From Thermoproteota archaeon (lineage in GTDB: Archaea > Asgardarchaeota > Jordiarchaeia > Jordiarchaeales > Freyrarchaeaceae), in NCBI GenBank assembly GCA_029258835.1, contig JAPDJY010000088.1:1-33072 (forward strand): a stretch of 33,072 bases of DNA, written 5' to 3'. The position numbers and the translations under genes are program-made. This document shows, piece after piece, positions 9,804 to 18,284 of the stretch. The notes under the pieces are model-generated. The model was not told the origin of the DNA. It did not search any database and saw only the letters and a program-made list of their open reading frames with translations. The first letter of the stretch is position 1, and every line of letters begins with the position of its first letter.

Positions 9804-10520
9804 GTGTTTTGGGATCCAGCAGCTCCGCCAGCGTCTACTCTAATTGTCTTGGCAGTATCGATTTTAGTGACGTTAACGTCAAGCGTGGTGAACCGTGTGC
9901 TTCTGCCAATACCGAAAATTAGAAGGTACGCTAAGGAGATAAGGAAATGGAGAGAGATGATGCAGAGGGCAAAGGAGACGGGAGACGAAAAACTGATGCT
10001 GAAGGCTAAAAGGCGGCAAAAGCTTATTGAGAAGATGCAAAGGGAGCAAGCAACACTTCAGTTTAGACCCATGCTCGTCTACCTCATACCATTTCTGGTA
10101 TTGTTCTACTATTTGAACAGCTTTTACAGTGCACCGTTTGGACCAACCGTTTCACCAACAATCGTTGCAGTACTCCCAGTCAACCTATTTGACGTACCCG
10201 GGTTTTCTCCGGGAACATTCGGTGGATTCGTCAGCCCTCTCCTCACAGATATTTCAACGGTTTACCCTCTATTCGCTACTTTATGGCCTAGAATATACCT
10301 CATGCAAGTACTACCCGGACTTACCGCAGTCCAACAATACCTGAACGTCCTAAAAATACTGACAAAATCAAGTGTAAACCTTCCGATTCCCCCTGTTCTT
10401 GACGGGTGGGCTCCTATTCCCGGATTTGGATTATGGTTCATATGGTGGTATTTCATTTCAAGCATAGCTTTCGGGGGACTCTTTCAGCGTCTTTTCGGAG
10501 TTTACATTCAACAATCTTGA
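9804..10520 (+). CDS. EMC3/TMCO1 (DUF106, Oxa1 superfamily) membrane protein
   Basis: TM1, coiled coil, FRPM-TM2 and C-terminal WFIWWYFISS; conserved position between adk and L34e. Confidence 0.88.
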   Translation: MFWDPAAPPASTLIVLAVSILVTLTSSVVNRVLLPIPKIRRYAKEIRKWREMMQRAKETGDEKLMLKAKRRQKLIEKMQREQATLQFRPMLVYLIPFLVLFYYLNSFYSAPFGPTVSPTIVAVLPVNLFDVPGFSPGTFGGFVSPLLTDISTVYPLFATLWPRIYLMQVLPGLTAVQQYLNVLKILTKSSVNLPIPPVLDGWAPIPGFGLWFIWWYFISSIAFGGLFQRLFGVYIQQS

Positions 10521-10532
10521 GGTGAAAGTGGT

Positions 10533-10799
10533 ATGCCAGCTCCTAGACTAAGGTCTAGATCTTTAAAAAGGAAGAAAGTCAGGACTCCCGGGGGAAGACT
10601 TGTAACTCATTATTGGAGAAGGACGGTGAGGAAGTATCGGTGCGCGGTGTGTGGGGGAGTGCTCCATGGATGCCCCACCAGCAAGGAAGACGAGAAACTA
10701 GCGAAGACCAAGAAGAGGCCGGAGAGACCGTACGGAGGATACCTTTGCCACCGCTGCCTCAGGGCCATGATAAAGGCTAAAGTTCGAGAGGGAGTTTGA
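10533..10799 (+). CDS. rpl34e: 50S ribosomal protein L34e
   Basis: RTPGGR, CAVCG and RPERPYGGYLCHRC motifs. Confidence 0.96.
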   Translation: MPAPRLRSRSLKRKKVRTPGGRLVTHYWRRTVRKYRCAVCGGVLHGCPTSKEDEKLAKTKKRPERPYGGYLCHRCLRAMIKAKVREGV

Positions 10800-10802
10800 G
10801 CC

Positions 10803-11348
10803 GTGGTCGTCGTAGCCATTAGCGGGCTGCACGGAACAGGAAAGACGACGCAGGCACGCTACATAGCGGAGCGCTTTAAGCTGAGGCACTTCTCAGCTGG
10901 AATGATAATGAGGAGAATGGCCGAAGAGAGGGGAATAGGCTTAGACGAGTTCTCAAGGATCGTTGAGGAGCAGCCTGAAATCGACAAGCTAATCGATGCC
11001 GCGAGCATCACCGAAGCTGAAAAGGGGAACGTGGTTTTGGATGCACGTTTGGCCGCCTGGATGGCTGGGGATAAAGCGGACATTAAGATCCTTTTAACGG
11101 CGCCCCTTGAAGTCAGAGCTAAAAGGATTGCTGTGAGAGATGGGAAAAGCTTTGAACAAGCTTTAAAAGAGACTATCGTAAGGGAAGAGAGTGAGAAAAG
11201 AAGGTACAAGGAACTTTACGGGGTAGATGTTGATGACTGTAGCATTTTCGATCTCGTTATAAACACGGCTTTGTGGGATGAGGAAACCATAAGGAAGGTG
11301 TTAGAATTACTGGTTGAAGCTTATTTGGCGTCTTCCGAAGGGAAGTGA
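10803..11348 (+). CDS. cmk: Cytidylate kinase (archaeal type)
   Basis: SGLHGTGKTT P-loop, DARLAAW and DLVINT motifs; synteny. Confidence 0.93.
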   Translation: MVVVAISGLHGTGKTTQARYIAERFKLRHFSAGMIMRRMAEERGIGLDEFSRIVEEQPEIDKLIDAASITEAEKGNVVLDARLAAWMAGDKADIKILLTAPLEVRAKRIAVRDGKSFEQALKETIVREESEKRRYKELYGVDVDDCSIFDLVINTALWDEETIRKVLELLVEAYLASSEGK

Positions 11349-11382
11349 AGGCTTTAATAAGACTAGAAAGTGAAGGCTTGGA

Positions 11383-11670
11383 ATGGAGGTGGATACGGTG
11401 GCATTGAAGCCCGGAAGTATTTGTGTGAAAACCGCTGGAAGAGAGGCTGGAAGGAAGTGCGTTGTTGTGGACGTGTTAGACAAAAACTTTGTTTTAGTGA
11501 CGGGGCCCCCCAGCTTAACAGGAGTTAAACGTCGAAGAGCGAACATAAAACATCTGGAAGCGACAGGGTATTACATAGACATTCCTCGTGGAGCAGATGA
11601 TGAATTAGTTCTCAAGAAGCTGGAGGAGGCGAACTTAGCCGAGAAAGTAAAGGAGAAGATTAAGCTTTAA
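11383..11670 (+). CDS. rpl14e: 50S ribosomal protein L14e
   Basis: [15 protein letters not shown] and VTGP...[13 protein letters not shown] motifs. Confidence 0.96.
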   Translation: MEVDTVALKPGSICVKTAGREAGRKCVVVDVLDKNFVLVTGPPSLTGVKRRRANIKHLEATGYYIDIPRGADDELVLKKLEEANLAEKVKEKIKL

Positions 11671-11705
11671 ACTGCTTTCCTCTCTTTCTAATGGGAGATG
11701 GGTGT

Positions 11706-12746
11706 ATGGAGAAGTCTTCATTAAACACGAAGAGGAGGATGCTCGTTAAAAGTGAGGATGAGACGTCAAGGGAGTACGGGAAGTACCCCGATGAGAGGAG
11801 CGTTGAGGAACTTTTAGAGGGATCCTTTGTTAACATCGACAAACCGGCTGGGCCTACAAGCCACGAGGTCTCTTCTTGGGTGAGACGCATCCTTAACTGT
11901 AAGAAGACCGGGCATGCAGGCACACTAGAGCCCTTACTCACGTAAGGGCGGTGAAACCCTAAGGTTACCGGGGTTTTACCCGTAGCTATAGGATACGCCA
12001 CAAAGCTTATTCAAGCATTGCACCTTGCAAGTAAGGAATACGTGTGTGTAATGAGGATGCACGGGGACGTTGGCTTTGAACAGGTTAAAATGGTTTGCAA
12101 CGAGTTTACTGGCCCGGTCTATCAGAGACCTCCAGTTCGATCATCAGTCAAGAGACGGCTTAGGATTAGGAGAATACATAGCATAGAAGCTCTCGAAATG
12201 GACGGCCGAAACGTTTTGCTGAAGATACGCTGCGAGTCAGGAACTTACATTAGGAAGCTGTGCCATGACATAGGGGAAGTTTTGGGGTGCGGAGCACATA
12301 TGCGTGAGCTTAGAAGAATCGGGAGTGGACCATTCACGGAGGAAAATATTGTGACGTTGCATGATTTAAAGGATGCATATGTCTTCTGGATGGAAGAGGG
12401 GGATTTAACTATTAAGAAATTTTTATTGCCAGCCGAAATAGCCGTTCAACACCTACCTAAAATATTCGTTCGTGACTCGGCTGTTGACGCCATATGTCAT
12501 GGCGCTGACCTAGCAGTTCCTGGCGTGGTTAAATTGGAGGAGGGCATCGAGCCGGGGGGGATGGTGGCCATTCTTACCCTTAAAGGAGAGCTCGTCGCAT
12601 TGGGATCTGCTTTAATGTCGACGGAGCAAGTTATTAGAGAAAAGAAGGGGTTGGCCGTTAAGACCAAGAGAGTAATCATGGAGAAGGGGACGTACCCGCC
12701 TCTCTGGAAGAAAAAAGAGGATGCAAAGTCGGATTCTTCGCCTTAA
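11706..12746 (+). CDS. cbf5: H/ACA pseudouridine synthase Cbf5, two exons (11706-11928, 11956-12746); 337 aa after splicing
   Basis: [11 protein letters not shown] and GHAGTL^DPKVTGVLP restored by removing 27 nt; ESGTYIRKL and PUA domain downstream. Confidence 0.95.
11929..11955 (+). other. 27-nt BHB-type intron in the cbf5 catalytic Asp codon
   Basis: Central helix CACT/GGTG, bulges AG^A and AA^A, inner stem GCCCTTAC/GTAAGGGC. Splicing gives CTA GAC CCT (L-D-P). The intron contains an in-frame TAA. Confidence 0.93.
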
Positions 12747-12810
12747 AAGTGGATTTTCTCCTACGGGCATCTGCTCTTTACCTAACTTTTAAACCTGACC
12801 CCTCCGGGGC

Positions 12811-12823
12811 GAAAAGTATAAAA
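12811..12823 (+). promoter_or_regulatory. Putative BRE/TATA promoter for rpl44e-rps27e-aIF2alpha
   Basis: GAAAAG-TATAAAA about 75 nt upstream of the rpl44e start. Confidence 0.5.
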
Positions 12824-12895
12824 TTGGTTTCATTCTCTCCTTACTCAAGCTTGAACGAGATCGAGGTTCTTTAGAGGAAAAGTGGAGGGTTAACG

Positions 12896-13200
12896 GTGAA
12901 ATATCCTAAAATAAGGCGAACCTACTGTCCTAGGTGTAAGAGGCACACCGAGCATTCAGTGAGTGTTTACAAGAAAGGTAAGGATAGGGCTTTAGCGGAG
13001 GGCGCTAGAAGGTACGCGAGAAAGAAACGTGGCTACGGCAGCCAGCCCAATCTTCTCTACGCTGCGTAGAGGGGGGCAAACCGATCCAGAGAGTGTTTGC
13101 AAAAACTACGAAGAAAGTCAGTTTTAAGCTCAAATGTAAGGAGTGCGGCCATATTATTCATACTAAGGGTATCCGCCTTAGGAAGGTTGAAACTGTCTAA
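12896..13200 (+). CDS. rpl44e: 50S ribosomal protein L44e (eL42), two exons (12896-13050, 13080-13200); 91 aa; not in the ORF track
   Basis: [18 protein letters not shown]...GYGSQP^[13 protein letters not shown]...CKECG; GGAGG upstream of GTG; precedes S27e as expected. Confidence 0.95.
13051..13079 (+). other. 29-nt BHB-type intron in rpl44e
   Basis: Central helix GCCC/GGGC, bulges AA^T and AA^A, inner stem CTCTACG/CGTAGAG. Splicing gives CCC AAA CCG (P-K-P). The unspliced frame stops at TAG inside the intron. Confidence 0.9.
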
Positions 13201-13214
13201 AGGAGGGTGCTTGG

Positions 13215-13421
13215 TTGCGGAAGCAGCGTGAGATAATTCCACAGCCTAGAAGCGTGTTCCTGAAGGTTCAATGCCCAGACTGTGGTACGGAAACCATAAT
13301 CTTCGACAGGGCCAGCACTGTCGTTAAGTGCCACGTGTGTGGAGCGATGTTAGCTGAGCCAGGAGGAGGAAAGGCTCGTCTCCTAGTTAAAAAGAAGAAC
13401 ATCATCCAGGTTCTGAGTTGA
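13215..13421 (+). CDS. rps27e: 30S ribosomal protein S27e
   Basis: PRSVFLKVQCPDCG...CHVCG...PGGGKA. Confidence 0.96.
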   Translation: MRKQREIIPQPRSVFLKVQCPDCGTETIIFDRASTVVKCHVCGAMLAEPGGGKARLLVKKKNIIQVLS

Positions 13422-13466
13422 AGTTTTGAGAAGGAAAGTAGGAAAAGTAAGAGAGTGTGGGTGAAA

Positions 13467-14261
13467 ATGGTTAGGTTGCGGAAAGGATTTCCGAGCGAGG
13501 GGGACCTTGTGATAGCCACCGTTACGAGAGTTGCTAAGCATGGAGCCTATGTTTCCTTAGACGAGTACGAGGGGAAGGAGGGGCTAATCCACATTTCAGA
13601 GATTTCTCAAAGCTGGGTTCGGAACATAAGAAACTTTGTTAGAGAAGGGCAGAAGGTTGTTGCTAAGGTCCTTAGAACCGATCCTAGGAAAGGGTTTATA
13701 GATCTTTCACTTCGAAGGGTGACGGAATATCAGAGGAAGCAGAAAATACAGGAGTGGAAGAGGGCGCAGAAGGCTGATAACCTTCTTGAGCTGGCTGCAG
13801 GAAAGCTTAAGGCAACCATTGATGAAGTCTACGAGAAGGTAGGATGGCCTCTTGAAGACAAATATGGGGAGATATATGCTGGACTGGAGGAGGCTTCAGA
13901 GAGAGGGGAGCAAGCTCTTCTCGACGCAGGCGTTGACGAGAAATGGGCCGCTGTTGTAGCCGAGCTAGCCCGAGCATACGTTGAAATTCCAAGGGTTAGG
14001 ATAGGGGGGTTCCTCGAACTAACTTGCTGGAAGCCTAACGGAATAGACGCCATTAAGAAGATGTTAATCTCGGCCGAAAAGGCCGCAGGGAACGGTGACA
14101 TATCCGTTGAAATATACACGGTGGGGGCTCCCAGATATAAAGTCGAGGTAACGGCTAAGGATTATAAGCAAGCTGAAGCCGCGTTAAAGAAGGTGGTGGA
14201 TACTGCATTAGCGATAATTAAAAGCGAGCGCGGGCAAGGATCCTTCACACGTGAAAAGTAA
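13467..14261 (+). CDS. eif2a: Translation initiation factor 2 alpha subunit (aIF2alpha)
   Basis: S1 domain (GAYVSLDEY, IHISEIS, IDLSLRRV) and GAPRY motif. The start may be up to 4 codons earlier. Confidence 0.95.
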   Translation: MVRLRKGFPSEGDLVIATVTRVAKHGAYVSLDEYEGKEGLIHISEISQSWVRNIRNFVREGQKVVAKVLRTDPRKGFIDLSLRRVTEYQRKQKIQEWKRAQKADNLLELAAGKLKATIDEVYEKVGWPLEDKYGEIYAGLEEASERGEQALLDAGVDEKWAAVVAELARAYVEIPRVRIGGFLELTCWKPNGIDAIKKMLISAEKAAGNGDISVEIYTVGAPRYKVEVTAKDYKQAEAALKKVVDTALAIIKSERGQGSFTREK

Positions 14262-14279
14262 GGTAAGTTTAGACCTTCT

Positions 14280-14459
14280 TTACGTTGACTTTAACTCCAT
14301 TAGTTCTTTCTTCCGTTTCCTTCTCCACTCACCTAAGCGGTCTTCTATGGAGAATTTCGGCGGGTGGGGGATCCTAACCTCTCCTCCACAGTAGGGACAG
14401 GCATCCTGCCTTAGAGTGTACCGGCCACATGAAACACACTTTCTAAGTAGGAACCCCAT
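14280..14459 (-). CDS. nop10: H/ACA RNP protein Nop10 (59 aa; below the ORF-track cutoff)
   Basis: MGFLLRKCVSCGRYTLRQDACPYCGG...PHPPKFSIED read on the minus strand. Confidence 0.93.
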   Translation of the reverse strand: MGFLLRKCVSCGRYTLRQDACPYCGGEVRIPHPPKFSIEDRLGEWRRKRKKELMELKST

Positions 14460-14474
14460 TAGGGAGCACCCTTA

Positions 14475-17000
14475 TCAGCTTACTGTAACTTCCATTTCCC
14501 TCTCTAAATCAGGGATGGATGCCACTATCTTTAGGGGTACTTTATCGCCACTGTTAAGGGTTAACCCGCTTGCTTTGAAGGATAACTCCACGCTTTCACC
14601 CGGCTGAATAGTCACACCGGAGAAGTCGCATGCCGTACCATTAAGGTAGATTCCCGTAACGTTGAACGCGACTTTTCCATTGTTAACTATCCTTGCTACG
14701 CCGTTCCCTGACGCGTCGATGCTTACACTTTCAACGCTCATATTTGCGTCCAGAATTGAGTAATCTATTTCGAAGATCTTAACCAAGTGGTTGCTCGATA
14801 TGAAAACCGGCTTGAAGTGTTTTAAAACGCTGAAGCCGTGCTGCCAATTGGGGTACCATCCCGGAGGGTTTCCAACCTCATTGTACCCTATCACGAGGGG
14901 GTAACCGTTATCCTGCATGTAGCTGTAAAGACGGTACTCCAACGCGTTTTGAGACGGGTTTTCGGGGTTAGGGTCGTGATAGTAGAGAAGCTTGTAGAGG
15001 GTCATATTGAAGAAGCTTGGAAGGTATTTTACTCCGGTTGGCGTGGGAGCATAATACTCGTACTCCCATGGCGTGTAAAAAACGTTAAAGGAGATCTTCG
15101 CCATCCAGATCCATTTCCCCTCGTCTCCATGCAGGTTTGCGTCGTTATGCCCAAAGTACACGAGGACATGGGTGGCGTTGAACTGACGCAGGATCTCCAA
15201 GCTTTCCGTCTCATTGGTAGACGTTAACGCCCTTCCAACAAGCGCTATTTGAGTTGTGTTAAATGTTGCATTGTCAACCACGGTTGTCTTGTTGCCCCTG
15301 ACGGTAATCCAGTAGCCATAATCCCACCAAGATACTATAATAGCGTTTGGAGGCAGCTCGTTCTGCATGAATGCAAATGCCTCCTCCCAGTCAAGGTAAA
15401 AGTTCCCATAGCTGTCCCTTGGAGCCATCTGAGGCGAGCCGGAAAAGACCGTTGCCGTTACACCGTGATGGAAAGCAAAGAAAAGGAGAATTCCAGTTAT
15501 CGCAAAAACGGCAAAGGCAGATTCTTTACCCAAGATCTTCCTTACAATAGCTCTCCTTCTTTTAATGGCTATCTTCTCCTCGCCTAGGAGTACGCGTGAA
15601 AGCGGGTCATATATCATGGCGAGGGCGAAGCCCGACATGAGACACGCCACGGGGGCAAAAAGTAGTACGAGCCGAATCATGGACCCTGCGAAGTAGACAG
15701 TCGTCACGCCCAAGATTAACAGCATGAGATCTTCATCCCTTCTCCTTTGAAACGCAAAGTACATTCCAACAGGGAAAAGTATTACTGTAACGTGAAGGTC
15801 GTAGAAGAACATGCCCCACGCTGTGGAAGCATGCTCAGCGACGCTTGCTATGATTACCTCTTCCTCTCTGTAGAATGGATTGGCTACCGACAGATAGCGT
15901 CCGCTAATACTTAAAAACGAACTTAACTTGTAAGATAAAGCAAGGGAGAGAATAGGATTTGAATATAAAAGCAGCATTACACACGCTAGGAGGCTTACAG
16001 TGACCGCTGCTAGCGTGAGTGCGGCATTCCTCCTAGTTTTTATGAGATTGTGAATCTGCGGGTACTTAGCTATTTTTTCAGGGATGCTGCGGATTGCAGG
16101 TTTAACCCGCGGATACACTTCATAGAGCACAAGTATCAGTAACCCAATTATTGCGGGAAGTGCGCTTCCTGAAACTAGGTAGCCGGCATCGTATTCCGGG
16201 ACACGTGTGGCCACGAAGAGGCCCAGTGTTACGGTTATGCTATATCCTATTAGCAGGTTGCTCGAGTACCTCTTAAGTAGGATTAATAGGATGACTGCTA
16301 ACGGGAGAACGTACAGCATGTATATTGCAGCCCCCCAGCTGGCTATGAACCCTCCCAAGCTTAACCCAGCCATAACCGCTGAAAAAACCGATTTCCTCTT
16401 CAAGGATCTTATGAAGAAGAAAGTTGTCAATATGAAGAAGAATAGGCCTACACACTCGTTGTCAAAAAAGCCTGCGATGGTCCGTTCAATGAAGCCTGGG
16501 GTGAAGGAAAGCAGGAAGGAGGCTATTAGGCCTGCTTTCTCGTCTAAGACTTCACGTCCGAGGAAGAACATTGCGACGCAGGAGGCGGCGCCCATGACGG
16601 CTGGGAGGACGTAACAAACCATGTACACGTCGAGGTTAACGCCTAATGCTTTTAGTAAGAAGTATAATGTAGCGGCTGTGAAGGGGACTCCTGGAAGGTA
16701 GCTGCGTGATATATCTTGCCCATACGGGTACCACCTCATCCTGTCATACCATCCAAACCAGGCACCATACCCGTAAGTAGTTATAAACACGGTGTTATAG
16801 TACTGGATCCAGGGGTCATACGCTGCTATGTAGGGGGGATACAGGAAGAACGGGAAAAGCCTGATTAAGAAGGCAAGAAGTGCTATTAGTGCGACGCTTG
16901 CAGCTAGGACGAAGAGCTTTTTATCAACTTTGACCTTAACTACCCGGAGGATGTCGTCGAAAAGGCTTGCCAGAAAACTCCTGTTTGCCAACGGACTCAT
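14475..17000 (-). CDS. aglB: Oligosaccharyltransferase AglB/STT3 with a C-terminal Ig-like domain
   Basis: YDPW, GFFDNE, SVAEH, WWDYG and DEGK (DK) motifs; many TM helices. Confidence 0.96.
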   Translation of the reverse strand: MSPLANRSFLASLFDDILRVVKVKVDKKLFVLAASVALIALLAFLIRLFPFFLYPPYIAAYDPWIQYYNTVFITTYGYGAWFGWYDRMRWYPYGQDISRSYLPGVPFTAATLYFLLKALGVNLDVYMVCYVLPAVMGAASCVAMFFLGREVLDEKAGLIASFLLSFTPGFIERTIAGFFDNECVGLFFFILTTFFFIRSLKRKSVFSAVMAGLSLGGFIASWGAAIYMLYVLPLAVILLILLKRYSSNLLIGYSITVTLGLFVATRVPEYDAGYLVSGSALPAIIGLLILVLYEVYPRVKPAIRSIPEKIAKYPQIHNLIKTRRNAALTLAAVTVSLLACVMLLLYSNPILSLALSYKLSSFLSISGRYLSVANPFYREEEVIIASVAEHASTAWGMFFYDLHVTVILFPVGMYFAFQRRRDEDLMLLILGVTTVYFAGSMIRLVLLFAPVACLMSGFALAMIYDPLSRVLLGEEKIAIKRRRAIVRKILGKESAFAVFAITGILLFFAFHHGVTATVFSGSPQMAPRDSYGNFYLDWEEAFAFMQNELPPNAIIVSWWDYGYWITVRGNKTTVVDNATFNTTQIALVGRALTSTNETESLEILRQFNATHVLVYFGHNDANLHGDEGKWIWMAKISFNVFYTPWEYEYYAPTPTGVKYLPSFFNMTLYKLLYYHDPNPENPSQNALEYRLYSYMQDNGYPLVIGYNEVGNPPGWYPNWQHGFSVLKHFKPVFISSNHLVKIFEIDYSILDANMSVESVSIDASGNGVARIVNNGKVAFNVTGIYLNGTACDFSGVTIQPGESVELSFKASGLTLNSGDKVPLKIVASIPDLEREMEVTVS

Positions 17001-17120
17001 CCCGTTTCTCCCTTTATTTAATTTTCCTCTTTACATCACCCCTCTTTTAAAGATATCTTTCCCTTACGGATCCTCCATGATAAGAAGTTTTTTGGTGGAA
17101 TGAGAGAGCTGTGGATGGAT

Positions 17121-17134
17121 AAGCTTTATAAAAA
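17121..17134 (+). promoter_or_regulatory. Putative TATA box for rps3ae
   Basis: AAGCTTTATAAAAA in the divergent aglB/rps3ae spacer. Confidence 0.45.
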
Positions 17135-17205
17135 GGGTGCGTGTAGTCCCTTTGTCAAAGATGATGTTAGTCAAGATGTTACAGTTGGATCCGGGGCGGT
17201 CGCTG

Positions 17206-17826
17206 ATGAGCCGTAAAGAGCGTGTGAAGGATACATGGAGCACTAAAAAGTGGTTTACCGTCCTAGCCCCACCCTACTTTGGTAACGTTGAGATCGGGTT
17301 GACTCCGGCGAACAGCCCAGAGAAGATCCTTGGTAGAGTGATGGAGACTACACTGTACGACATTACAGGAGACTTCTCGTTGATCCACGTGAAACTTTAC
17401 TTTAAAATAATAAACGTTTCAGGGGATGTTGCGCAGACAGAGTTTCACGGCCACGAATTTGCACGGGACTTCCTCAGGAGCCTTATAAGGCGGGGAAGCA
17501 GTAAAGTGGAAGGTATCTTCGACGTTGTAACCAGGGATGGACGGGGGTTACGCGTCTACCCTGTAGCGTTCACTGTAAACAGGATCAAGACCAGCCAAGA
17601 AAAAGCCATTAGGAAGGTAATGAAGGAAATAGTGGAAAACAAGGCGAAGCAGCTTGATTATGGCGACTTCGCCCAAGAGATGGTGCTGGGCAAGGTGGGC
17701 TCTGAAATTTATAACTTAGCTAGGAAAATAGCGCCCTTAAGGAAATGTGATGTTTGGAAGTCGAAGCCTATTAAGCTTCGCACACGGGTGGTGGAGGTAG
17801 GTCAGGAGGCTGTCCAACCAGCTTAA
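17206..17826 (+). CDS. rps3ae: 30S ribosomal protein S3Ae (eS1)
   Basis: KDTWSTKKWFTVLAP, GRVMETTLYDITGDF and RSLIRRGSSK motifs. Start placed at MSRKER. Confidence 0.96.
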   Translation: MSRKERVKDTWSTKKWFTVLAPPYFGNVEIGLTPANSPEKILGRVMETTLYDITGDFSLIHVKLYFKIINVSGDVAQTEFHGHEFARDFLRSLIRRGSSKVEGIFDVVTRDGRGLRVYPVAFTVNRIKTSQEKAIRKVMKEIVENKAKQLDYGDFAQEMVLGKVGSEIYNLARKIAPLRKCDVWKSKPIKLRTRVVEVGQEAVQPA

Positions 17827-17848
17827 TGATGCTTGCGGGGTGTCTACA

Positions 17849-17989
17849 TTGAGCTTGGAGAAGAAGTGTGTTAAGTGTGGTTCCCCCCAAGTTGAAGTTT
17901 TACTTAGGCAGCCGTTAACTTCAGGGGTTGAGTACACTTACAAGTGTTTAGTATGCCACCACACATGGAAGGAAAAAAGGAAGCGGTAA
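17849..17989 (+). CDS. 46-aa zinc-ribbon protein, TFS/RpoM C-terminal-like; not in the ORF track
   Basis: MSLEKKCVKCGSPQVEVLLRQPLTSGVEYTYKCLVCHHTWKEKRKR*; GGGGTG SD-like motif 6 nt before TTG. Confidence 0.7.
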   Translation: MSLEKKCVKCGSPQVEVLLRQPLTSGVEYTYKCLVCHHTWKEKRKR

Positions 17990-18011
17990 AAGAAGCGACA
18001 CACGTCTACCC

Positions 18012-18284
18012 TTACTTTTTAACGTTTCTCCGGGTTAACTCCGCGGTTTTCTCTGTGAGAGAGGCGCTTGCAAGGATGTCGTCGATCGTTGATAAGAAGG
18101 TGTTAAGGCCCTTTTCACATTCGACCATTATGATCAGCTTCTCTCCGACGTTTTTCATGCTTAACTTTAACCCTTTAGGAAGAGGCTTATTGTCTGGGAG
18201 CAGCGTTTTAAACATTACCTCTGCCATGTGGGCATCCTCAAATAGTATCTCGATCACCGCTTTAGATCTGCTATCTTCCGCCAC
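18012..18284 (-). CDS. pcc1: KEOPS subunit Pcc1-like protein
   Basis: ~90 aa with LLPDN and FLSTIDDIL motifs; occupies the usual S15-DHH-pcc1 position next to S3Ae. Confidence 0.8.
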   Translation of the reverse strand: MAEDSRSKAVIEILFEDAHMAEVMFKTLLPDNKPLPKGLKLSMKNVGEKLIIMVECEKGLNTFLSTIDDILASASLTEKTAELTRRNVKK

